From IMG/VR virus record IMGVR_UViG_3300005337_000018: a stretch of DNA of 22,235 nt, one strand, 5' to 3'. How positions within the stretch are numbered: position 1 is the stretch's first letter; each line of letters opens with the position of its first letter. A program made the translations under genes and the position numbers. The stretch comes from an uncultured virus (IMG/VR IMGVR_UViG_3300005337_000018) (taxonomy: Duplodnaviria; Heunggongvirae; Uroviricota; Caudoviricetes). Below the pieces are notes generated by a model. The model was given only the letters and a program-made list of their open reading frames with translations, was not told the origin of the DNA and ran no database searches. Positions 15,404-22,235 of the stretch are shown piece after piece.

Positions 15404-15772
15404 TTACCGCTGGTCGATCACGGCGAGCATGGCGTACTCCGGATCGAGCACCCCGCCGATCGAGTGCAGCCATTCGGCCCACCGTCGGGTGTGGCCGTCA
15501 CCCGTGGCGATGTGCGCCAGCTCGTGCAGAAGGAGCTTGGACGGCGTGGATCGGGTCGTGTCATTCGGGTCGAAGCACCATTCGCGCTCCCGCACACAGA
15601 TGACGTTGAAGGGCTCGAACCCGGCGCGCGGCAGATGGCTGTGCGCCCAGTTGGTGCCGAACGGCCAGCTCGCGGCACACCCGTTCACCATGATCATCGC
15701 AAGGTTCGGGGTGTACGGCATGACGAAGCCGGGCGGGAGGTTGGGTCCGTCGAACCGCTCGAGCTTGGCCAT
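15404..15772 (-). CDS. Zincin/SprT-like HExxH metalloprotein
   Basis: LLLHELAH...GHTRRW...IGG. Confidence 0.75.
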   Translation of the reverse strand: MAKLERFDGPNLPPGFVMPYTPNLAMIMVNGCAASWPFGTNWAHSHLPRAGFEPFNVICVREREWCFDPNDTTRSTPSKLLLHELAHIATGDGHTRRWAEWLHSIGGVLDPEYAMLAVIDQR

Positions 15773-15978
15773 CAGAGCATGGTGTCAGCCTGAGCCCCGG
15801 AAATCTGCACCGTGTAGGACTCGACCCACTCGTCGCCGTTGACCTCGAGCGAGGTGATCGGGTTGATCTCGATCCGCGGCCGGACGAACTCGTCCACGTG
15901 GGCCATCACCATCACCCAAGCGGACTGCAGATCCGGCAGGTCGGTGACGGTGAGTCGGATGGTGCGCTCGATGATCAT
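15772..15978 (-). CDS. Hypothetical protein (68 aa)
   Basis: MIIERTIRLTVTDL...; ATGA overlap, AAGAAGGGA SD. Confidence 0.7.
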   Translation of the reverse strand: MIIERTIRLTVTDLPDLQSAWVMVMAHVDEFVRPRIEINPITSLEVNGDEWVESYTVQISGAQADTML

Positions 15979-16082
15979 TCGCCGTATCCCTTCTTGGACA
16001 GGTGCCGGGCGATCCAGGCGAGGGTCAGGAGGAAGGCGAGCGAACACCAGCCAGCAAGGAACCACAGCAGGTTGTTCACCAC
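15975..16082 (-). CDS. Single-TM micro-protein (about 35 aa)
   Basis: (M)VNNLLWFLAGWCSLAFLLTLAWIARHLSKKGYGE; GGAG before the GTG; stop overlaps the next ATG. Confidence 0.5.
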   Translation of the reverse strand: MVNNLLWFLAGWCSLAFLLTLAWIARHLSKKGYGE

Positions 16083-16134
16083 GGGGGACTCCGGGATTGG
16101 GCGGGGTAATGACAGGGCACGAGTATCGTGCCCA

Positions 16135-16548
16135 TTAGTCCGTTCTAGGAGGTGCCACATGATTCCTCTGTTGGTTGTGCTGGTCGTCCTGGCAATCGTT
16201 CTGGGAGTGTTCGGATTCACCGTGCACGGCCTGATGTGGCTGTTCTGGATCGGCATCGCGGTACTCGTCGTGGCCGTCATTGTCGGCGCGGTCAACCGGA
16301 CGTCGATCCGTCGCTGACCCATCGGCCTGTTCGTCCTGTTTGACCTCGACCCGCGCGGCCTGCCACGCGGACCAGTGGCCGGACACCAGCGCCCACAGGC
16401 TCAGCACCGCAACGTAGGTCACCGAGTTGATCCAGCCGGTGAACAACGACACCGGGATCATGACGATCCAGAACAGGGTCATCCACCCGTTGACCCGGCG
16501 CATGAACACCGGGTCACCTTGGACCATGGCCCAGAGACTCTTGATCAT
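16135..16548 (-). CDS. Membrane protein (2 TM) with a hydrophilic tail that is the antisense of a nested gene
   Basis: W.TLFWIVMIP...WINSVTYVAVLSLWALVSGHWSAWQAAR; ATGA overlap with the upstream gene. Confidence 0.75.
   Translation of the reverse strand: MIKSLWAMVQGDPVFMRRVNGWMTLFWIVMIPVSLFTGWINSVTYVAVLSLWALVSGHWSAWQAARVEVKQDEQADGSATDRRPVDRADNDGHDEYRDADPEQPHQAVHGESEHSQNDCQDDQHNQQRNHVAPPRTD
16159..16317 (+). CDS. Small hydrophobic 2-TM protein (52 aa), nested antisense
   Basis: AGGAGGTG SD just before ATG 16159; MIPLLVVLVVLAIVLGVFGFTVHGLMWLFWIGIAVLVVAVIVGAVNRTSIRR. Confidence 0.75.
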   Translation: MIPLLVVLVVLAIVLGVFGFTVHGLMWLFWIGIAVLVVAVIVGAVNRTSIRR

Positions 16549-16805
16549 CCGAGATGTGAATTGGCCGCCCGGCCTGCGAGGGATTGCAGCAACATCTCGG
16601 ACAGGCCGGGTTCCAGTTCGAGTTGGTCGTTGTCCTCGGCCACCACGAATGATCCGGTCAGCTCGTGGACGGTCATCCGGCCACCGGGCAGCGTGAGCCG
16701 GAATGACACGACGTAGCGCGTGCTGTCCACGGTCAACGGATCCCGGCGGAACACCGCCTCCACGATCCAGCCGTCAGGAATCTGCGGGCCGGTCAGTTTC
16801 TGCAT
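16545..16805 (-). CDS. Hypothetical protein (86 aa)
   Basis: GAGGAG SD before ATG 16805. Confidence 0.75.
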   Translation of the reverse strand: MQKLTGPQIPDGWIVEAVFRRDPLTVDSTRYVVSFRLTLPGGRMTVHELTGSFVVAEDNDQLELEPGLSEMLLQSLAGRAANSHLG

Positions 16806-16822
16806 GGGATCTCCTCGGGGGT

Positions 16823-17044
16823 TCACGACCGTGGCCAATGGTGCCAGCGGAAGTTCGGAGTACCTACCCCCACCGGGGGTCCGACGTGCTCACCGAAGTG
16901 CTTGCGTTCCAGATCGCACCGGCAGCCGAACTCACAGCCATGTCGGGACCGGCACCGAGAGTTGGCGATCACCGCTCCCATCACCATCACGATGATCAGC
17001 GCCATGATGCCGGTGACCACGGTGACCAGCGTCGAGTCAGTCAT
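16823..17044 (-). CDS. Membrane-anchored Cys/His-rich small protein
   Basis: MTDSTLVTVVTGIMALIIVMVMGAVIA followed by CRSRHGCEFGCRCDLERKH. Confidence 0.6.
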   Translation of the reverse strand: MTDSTLVTVVTGIMALIIVMVMGAVIANSRCRSRHGCEFGCRCDLERKHFGEHVGPPVGVGTPNFRWHHWPRS

Positions 17045-17249
17045 TGTCACTCTGGATCGAGAACCCGTATGCGTCAAAGCGTTTCGGGTCTTCATCCGGT
17101 TTCAGGTCATCATCCAGCAACCAACTGACCTGCTCGAGCGTGGGAGCGGTGTAGTCCTGGCAGTTCCCGCACCACCCTTCCTTCCGGTCATTCGGGTTGT
17201 AGGACGTCCGGCCGCAGACCGGGCAGACGAACGGCGGGGAGTCAGGCAC
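17037..17249 (-). CDS. Small zinc-ribbon protein
   Basis: FVCPVCGRTSYNPND...WCGNC. Confidence 0.75.
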   Translation of the reverse strand: MPDSPPFVCPVCGRTSYNPNDRKEGWCGNCQDYTAPTLEQVSWLLDDDLKPDEDPKRFDAYGFSIQSDND

Positions 17250-18645
17250 GGGATCGTGCGATCCGTTGTTCGACCATGGGTAGGTAGGTGGCCTCGCGCT
17301 CGATCCCGATGGCCCGGAACCCTTCCAGCATCGCGGCCTCGACGGTGGTGCCGGAACCTACGAAGGGGTCCAGCACGGTGCCGTCGGGCGGGGTGACCAG
17401 CCGGACCAGCCAGCGCATCAGGGCCAGCGGCTTGACCGTTGGGTGGCCGGTTCCGTCGACCGAGGGACGTTCGGACTTGGAAGCCTTGGCCACGTAGAAG
17501 AACCGGGACGCACCACCGGTGTCGGCATGGAACGGCGCGATTCGGTCGGTGCCGTTGAAGTGCCCGGCCATGCTGCCGCGCTCGGACCGGCCGGTGAGCG
17601 TGGGACCGCTGGCCCGGCCCGCGGCCCCGGTCTTGGGGGCCTGCAGATCCAGGACTTGGGCCTGGGACTCGTCCAGGATGACGTTCGCGGGCCAGCGACC
17701 GAGTGACTCACCGGGATGATCCTCGGCGAACCGTTCCGGTGTGGTCCGTGAAACGACTCGCCCGGAAGCGTTGTGCTCGGCCGCAGCACCCGCACGCTGG
17801 CCGTCCAGGTGGTTCGTCGCTCCCTTGCGCCGTGCGATGGACGGGTTGACCTCGTCCTCGGCCCCGGCGATCCGGGTGCCGTCGATGTTCAGGGCCCCGG
17901 TGCCGTGGGTCAGGACATTGACGGCCACGGTGCCGATGAGGGGTTTGCGGGCCACGATGATCGGCTCGAACGCGGGCTTGAGCGCGGTGCCCCAGCCGGA
18001 CCACCGAGTGGCGTCCGCGGTGGCCGGTGCTGTTGTGGTCGGCACGAACTCCCGGCCGTTGTCCTTGATCCAGCTTCCGGTCGCGTTCTGGTCCGCACCG
18101 GGAATCATCCGTTTCACCGGTCGGCCCGTCGAGAGCACCTCGCGCTCGGCACCGGCCATCTTGTCCATGTCCTTGGAGATGTCCCGGGACTTGGGGAAAC
18201 CGGATCCGTACAGCCAGGCGATGGAGTCCCGGATCTCGAACCCGGCGTCCTCGATCGCCGCGGCGAGCCGGTGCCAGGTGCGGGTGCCACCGAATGACAG
18301 CAGGTGCCCGCCGGGCTTGAGCACCCGCAGGCACTCGGCCGCCCACGCGGTCGACCACTGCTGGAACTTGTGGGAGTCGTGGTCGTGATACCCGCGGTCG
18401 TGGGTGCCGCCGTAGGCGTAGATCCCGCGCTGCTCCTTGCCGGTGGCCATCTGGCCCTTCATGGCGGCCGGGGAGTCCCATTCCTTGCCCATGAAGCCCA
18501 GCCCGTAGGGCGGGTCGGTGACCACGGCGTCGACCGAGTCCGGTGGCAAGGTCGCCATGACCCGTAGGCAATCCCCGTGGTGCAACCGGATCCCGCGGAC
18601 GGGATCGAAGTAGCGGGCGGCGGAGATCGCCATCATGGACGTCAC
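17242..18645 (-). CDS. Orphan N4-C/N6-A DNA methyltransferase (beta class)
   Basis: HHGDCL, TDPPY (motif IV) preceding HPTVKP and VLDPFVGSGTT (motif I); start GTG 18645 (GTGA overlap) or ATG 18636. Confidence 0.93.
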   Translation of the reverse strand: MTSMMAISAARYFDPVRGIRLHHGDCLRVMATLPPDSVDAVVTDPPYGLGFMGKEWDSPAAMKGQMATGKEQRGIYAYGGTHDRGYHDHDSHKFQQWSTAWAAECLRVLKPGGHLLSFGGTRTWHRLAAAIEDAGFEIRDSIAWLYGSGFPKSRDISKDMDKMAGAEREVLSTGRPVKRMIPGADQNATGSWIKDNGREFVPTTTAPATADATRWSGWGTALKPAFEPIIVARKPLIGTVAVNVLTHGTGALNIDGTRIAGAEDEVNPSIARRKGATNHLDGQRAGAAAEHNASGRVVSRTTPERFAEDHPGESLGRWPANVILDESQAQVLDLQAPKTGAAGRASGPTLTGRSERGSMAGHFNGTDRIAPFHADTGGASRFFYVAKASKSERPSVDGTGHPTVKPLALMRWLVRLVTPPDGTVLDPFVGSGTTVEAAMLEGFRAIGIEREATYLPMVEQRIARSRA

Positions 18646-18989
18646 TGCTGGGGCCTCCGGATGAACTGCCAGGTCCCGGCCAGCGGATGGTTCGGCGGGG
18701 CGATACGAGCAAACCATGTCCCGGCGTCGCCGGGCTCGGGCTCGGGGAACCGGCTCCGGATGGCCTGGTGCACCGAACAGGCACGCAGGTTGGATTCCGG
18801 GTTCAGTCGCTCGAGCAGCGGGTGCTCCACGATGAACTCGATCTTGCTGGGCTCGAAGACGTCGGCACTGTCGGTGTGGAGCAACTCGATGGTGTGGTGA
18901 GTGGTGGTGAGTTGGGTATCCAGCATGGCCCGTTGGACGGGTGTGAGCAGGTCGACGGGGGACGGGTCCGGGTGGTCAGACGACACCAT
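18642..18989 (-). CDS. Hypothetical protein (115 aa)
   Basis: GGAGG SD; tight overlaps with both neighbours. Confidence 0.7.
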   Translation of the reverse strand: MVSSDHPDPSPVDLLTPVQRAMLDTQLTTTHHTIELLHTDSADVFEPSKIEFIVEHPLLERLNPESNLRACSVHQAIRSRFPEPEPGDAGTWFARIAPPNHPLAGTWQFIRRPQQ

Positions 18990-19428
18990 GGTCGGCGGCC
19001 CTCCGGGACAGGATCTCGTAGGCCGCGCTGTACTGCTCGGAGTTGGGCTGGATGGCCGCGATGACGGCCTGGGCCTTGGCCGTGACCCGGATGAAATCCG
19101 AGATGCCGAGATCCGGGAACAGGTCCCACATCTCGCCCATGAAGTCCGCGTTGGCGGCCTGCCCGATGAGCCGGAACGCGATGGTCAGGATCGCGGTGTC
19201 GACCACGACGTCGCGGGTGGGCGGGGGAGTGCCGGGAGCGGTGTCGGCGATCCGCAGTTCGGCCGGGAGTGACACCAGCGAGGGGTAGGCCAGCTCGGTG
19301 GTCGAGACGATGTGGTCGCGGTGTTCGGTCTCCGGCGGATTGCAGGCAAGGTTCTCCGGGCTGGTCCAGCGGCCGTCGTCGCGTTCGAGAAGGTGGTGGC
19401 AGCCGGGGCAGTTCAGGGTGTCAGGCAA
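18976..19428 (-). CDS. Hypothetical protein with N-terminal CxxC (about 150 aa)
   Basis: Helical-looking C-terminal half with GC3 bias; TTG 19428 overlaps the upstream stop; start uncertain. Confidence 0.6.
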   Translation of the reverse strand: MPDTLNCPGCHHLLERDDGRWTSPENLACNPPETEHRDHIVSTTELAYPSLVSLPAELRIADTAPGTPPPTRDVVVDTAILTIAFRLIGQAANADFMGEMWDLFPDLGISDFIRVTAKAQAVIAAIQPNSEQYSAAYEILSRRAADHGVV

Positions 19429-20095
19429 GGTCGGATCCGGGGGTTTCGAGCTGGGTCCGGGCCACGGCGGCATTCGCCCAGAACGCGGCCTCCTCGAGTT
19501 TGGTCTGGGCCAGCGAGGACTCCCGGCCGGATGGCACGGACTCGGCGAGGTACAGGGCCAGCGAGGTGAACCGGAGCCGGATCTCCTGATGGGCCTCGGC
19601 CACCTGGTCACTGGTCGGCGGGTGGTGGGCGAACCGGTCGCGGATTTCGTTACGGGAGGCGGATGCAGGGTGCACGGATGATGGTTTCCTTTCCGGGGAC
19701 GTGTTCTCCTGGCGGATCAGGGCTTCCAGGATGCGCCGGGCGTCGTGGAGATAGTGCTCGGGCCGGGGTTTCTCGCCGTAGGGCTTGTCGCCACCGAGAT
19801 CGTCCCCGGTGTCCAGCACGACGGCGAGCGCGGCGGCCAGAGCTTCCTGCGTGACGCTCTGGACGGCGAGGACAGGAGTGGGAGGGGTCTCGGTGGGGTC
19901 GGGCGGCGGCCAGTGGCCGTACTGGGGTTGCGGTTGTGAGCGGCCGAACTCGCGGTAGTGCACGGCGGCCCGGTCCGAGAGTCCGCAGACGTCGCACACC
20001 CGGTCCGATCGGCCCCGGTACGGGTGCGGGGTCCGGGCGACCAACAGGGCCCGGGGCCACCACCGTAGATCCGGCTCCCAGTTGTCGTCACTCAT
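19421..20095 (-). CDS. Multi-domain protein with N-terminal Zn-binding motif and C-terminal Acb2/Tad1-like helical hairpin domain
   Basis: PHPY..CDVCG...VH; C-terminal EIRDRFAHHPP...RESSLAQTKLEEAAFWANAAVAR. Confidence 0.75.
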   Translation of the reverse strand: MSDDNWEPDLRWWPRALLVARTPHPYRGRSDRVCDVCGLSDRAAVHYREFGRSQPQPQYGHWPPPDPTETPPTPVLAVQSVTQEALAAALAVVLDTGDDLGGDKPYGEKPRPEHYLHDARRILEALIRQENTSPERKPSSVHPASASRNEIRDRFAHHPPTSDQVAEAHQEIRLRFTSLALYLAESVPSGRESSLAQTKLEEAAFWANAAVARTQLETPGSDLA

Positions 20096-20360
20096 AGAGT
20101 CCCAAATCGTCGGTGAGCCTGGTCAGTTCGTCTGCCGCTGCCTGTTGACCGGCGAGCCGTTCGGCAGCGGCCTGTTCCGCGTCGATCTGTTCGAGGATGG
20201 CATTCCGGGTGGCGGCCACGGCGACCTCGGCCTGGTCGATCTTGAACTTCCGCTGGGCGGGTCCGGCCAGGTCCCATTCGGGGCCATCGGGATTCGAGTG
20301 GGCGTACAGGGCGCGGGCCACGGTCTCGATGAGCGGGCTTTGTTCAGCGCTCGCGCTCAT
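20088..20360 (-). CDS. Hypothetical helical protein (90 aa)
   Basis: IETVARALY...W.....QRKF..QAE motif; ATGA overlap. Confidence 0.7.
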   Translation of the reverse strand: MSASAEQSPLIETVARALYAHSNPDGPEWDLAGPAQRKFKIDQAEVAVAATRNAILEQIDAEQAAAERLAGQQAAADELTRLTDDLGLYE

Positions 20361-20686
20361 GGGGATGCCGCCAAGCGGTAGGTCGGGCATGGCCACGGGG
20401 TCATGGACCCGCACTCGTCACAATGGTTCGGGGCGTCGGGCTCGTGGGCGGGTTCCTCGGAGCCACCGAATCGGGAGCACCAGTGCGTGATCGGCTCGCC
20501 GGAGTCGGCGTGCAGTTCGATCAGGGCGGCCCGCAGAGTGGTCAGGGTGGTATCGGTGGTTCCCCGCCAGACCGCTTGGGCTGGCTTGTTGGCGTGGTCC
20601 CAGCCGTCGTGACGGCCACGGGCGTCCGTCGGCCAGTCGCATCCGAAGTGCTCACCGGCCAGGTTGAGGGCCGCTGTGCAGGTCAT
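20357..20686 (-). CDS. Cys/His-rich hypothetical protein (109 aa)
   Basis: MTCTAAL...C...H...H and HCDECG..WPCPT; ATGA overlap, GAGGTG SD. Confidence 0.7.
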   Translation of the reverse strand: MTCTAALNLAGEHFGCDWPTDARGRHDGWDHANKPAQAVWRGTTDTTLTTLRAALIELHADSGEPITHWCSRFGGSEEPAHEPDAPNHCDECGSMTPWPCPTYRLAASP

Positions 20687-21066
20687 CGGGGGATCACCTC
20701 GAGCCAGACGGCCTGCGGGTGGGTGACCGCCAGGTCGTTGACGGTGCGCAGGTGCCCGGCCAGGTCCAGGGCCTGCACGGTGAACGGCTCGGGGGGATGC
20801 AGGGGTCGTTCGTCGGGCTTGGGCGGTGGGGTCGGAATGACACGGAGGAACAGCACCCGCCCGGACCGCGAGTCCAGCGGGGTGAGGTTCTTGCGAACGG
20901 TGGAGGAGTCGGGCTCGAACCAGTGCACCCACACGTCGGCGGCCAGGGCCGGGTGCCACCGGGAGTCGGGGTCGGTGGTGGGTGGTTCGGGGGGAGTGGG
21001 AACGGGAGTGGGGTCGTGCAGGACCGGGTCCTGGTCGGGCGGGTAGGGATGGGTGGGGTCAGGCAT
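20683..21066 (-). CDS. Hypothetical protein with Pro-rich N-terminus (127 aa)
   Basis: GGAGA SD; overlaps both neighbours. Confidence 0.65.
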   Translation of the reverse strand: MPDPTHPYPPDQDPVLHDPTPVPTPPEPPTTDPDSRWHPALAADVWVHWFEPDSSTVRKNLTPLDSRSGRVLFLRVIPTPPPKPDERPLHPPEPFTVQALDLAGHLRTVNDLAVTHPQAVWLEVIPR

Positions 21067-21508
21067 GGCGGGTGTCTCCCAGAGTCGTGTGCCAGATCAG
21101 GGGGAAGGCGCGCAGCCACGGTAGGGCACCACGGCGCAGGGCCACGAAGGACGGGGTGGGGTGGTCGGGGTCGGTTCGGCGGTGCCGCATGTAGAGGGTC
21201 AGGTCGGCGGCCAGCAGGACCGCGGCGAGGAACGGCAGCACGGTCAGGGCCAGCCCGGAGTAGCACAGCACCGCCATGACGGCGAGGAAGATGCGGAAGC
21301 CGGAATGACCCGTGGTCTGCTGCCAGGTGGGCACGGAGCGGTTGAACCGTCCCAGGGCGGCAGCGGCTTCCCGGTTGCTCTGGTTCCAGGCCGCGCCGAT
21401 GGATGGGCCACGGCTCCGGGCGCGACCGCGCTTGGAGTGTGGAATGACGTTGCCGGACACGGAGAACGGTCCCGGCAGGTGGGCGTGCCAGCGGAGTCTG
21501 GGCATCAT
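21059..21508 (-). CDS. Membrane protein (149 aa), first gene of the leftward accessory operon
   Basis: GAGGAG SD; basic N-terminus followed by hydrophobic segments. Confidence 0.7.
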   Translation of the reverse strand: MMPRLRWHAHLPGPFSVSGNVIPHSKRGRARSRGPSIGAAWNQSNREAAAALGRFNRSVPTWQQTTGHSGFRIFLAVMAVLCYSGLALTVLPFLAAVLLAADLTLYMRHRRTDPDHPTPSFVALRRGALPWLRAFPLIWHTTLGDTRHA

Positions 21509-21536
21509 GGGCTCCTCTCGTCGGGGCTACGTGTTG

Positions 21537-21542
21537 AGTGTA
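21537..21542 (-). promoter_or_regulatory. Candidate -10 (TACACT) of the leftward accessory operon
   Basis: Lies in an AT-rich patch about 29 nt upstream of ATG 21508. Confidence 0.45.
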
Positions 21543-21559
21543 CGTCATATTTGGTTGAG

Positions 21560-22235
21560 CGCGCTATATGGGGGATCTCGCGGGGGTGGGCCGGTTTCGA
21601 GGGGGCTTGTGCTGTGGGGTTTCCGGGTGGGTTGTCCACCCGTGTGGATGGAATGTGGATGGGGACTCGGACGACGGGGCTGGAAAGTGAGTGGGGTTCG
21701 GTCGAGAAGGTGGGGGCGCTACCCCGCCGGGCCGCCGCCGGAACCAGTCGGGGTCCGAGCAACCGACCGCAGCCACCCACCCGGGGGGTGGGGTGGCAGG
21801 GGGACAGCAGGGCCGAATGAAGGCGTGAGTGCGTGGCAGAGCAGAGCGTGGGGTGTGGGGCAGGGGGTGGGGGGAGGGGCAGGGCCTCATGCCTCGAGGG
21901 TGATGCGAGGGGGAGGGGGGAGGGGGTAGCAGGCAGGTGTGCAGGAGAGGCAGAGCAGGGCCTGGAAAGGCAGGGCAGGACAGAGGAGAGGTAAGGCAGG
22001 ACAGAGGAGAGGTGAGGAGGAAGTGAGGAGAGGCAGGGAGGAGTTGAGGCAGGAAGGAGTGAGCAGGCAGGGGGGAGGGGGGTGGCAGGTGGTACAGGTG
22101 CAGGAGGACGTGAGCCTGGGAATGACAGGGGGGTTTGTGCAGGTCAGGACGTGTTGAGTGGGGATGACACATGAGGATCAAGCGCGAGGGATCAAGAGCT
22201 GCAGCTCGAGCTGCTCGAGCTGCAGGAGCTGGCAA
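21560..22235. other. Non-coding G/purine-skewed low-complexity region
   Basis: Long G-runs and AG tracts on the plus strand; ORFs give only P/L/S/H- or G/R-rich low-complexity translations. Confidence 0.75.
21974..22013 (+). repeat. Direct repeat GGCAGGACAGAGGAGAGGT x2
   Basis: Identical 19-mers at 21974-21992 and 21995-22013. Confidence 0.85.

Larger units (their letters stand above)
1..22235. mobile_element. Segment of a tailed actinobacteriophage/prophage (packaging, head, tail-fibre-like, lysis and accessory genes)
   Basis: TerL, portal, MuF, endolysins and holin-like gene; dense ATGA/GTGA-coupled small ORFs; high GC; no host housekeeping genes, integrase or att site visible. Confidence 0.95.

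Noticed and set aside
21564..22235. 223-aa minus ORF and other ORFs in the G-rich tract
   Set aside because: Low-complexity translations produced by strand skew; no phage-like codon usage

Overview
High-GC segment of a tailed actinobacteriophage or prophage, with most genes on the minus strand. In transcription order (right to left) it holds: (1) a non-coding G/purine-skewed tract; (2) a tightly coupled run of small accessory genes, including a protein with an Acb2/Tad1-like C-terminal domain, an N4/N6 DNA methyltransferase, Zn-finger and membrane proteins, and an HExxH protein; (3) a lysis cassette with an amidase, a GH25/DUF1906 hydrolase, a holin-like protein and a membrane-anchored collagen protein; (4) a two-module TerS-like gene; (5) a plus-strand island of about 8 small genes; (6) four collagen/tail-fibre-like genes; (7) TerL, MuF, small genes including DUF1360-like, portal, and the 5' part of a 2H-phosphoesterase (Acb1-like). 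The most notable signal is two endolysins with unrelated catalytic domains that share a C-terminal domain. A 26-aa block of it is protein-identical but differs synonymously at 14 codons, and a strong internal RBS could produce the domain on its own. Also notable are a hairpin/promoter arrangement that could gate lysis translation, two candidate anti-cyclic-nucleotide-defence proteins, a nested antisense membrane gene, and inverted Cys/His mini-gene paralogs around terS. All family calls are motif recognition by eye; no searches were run.
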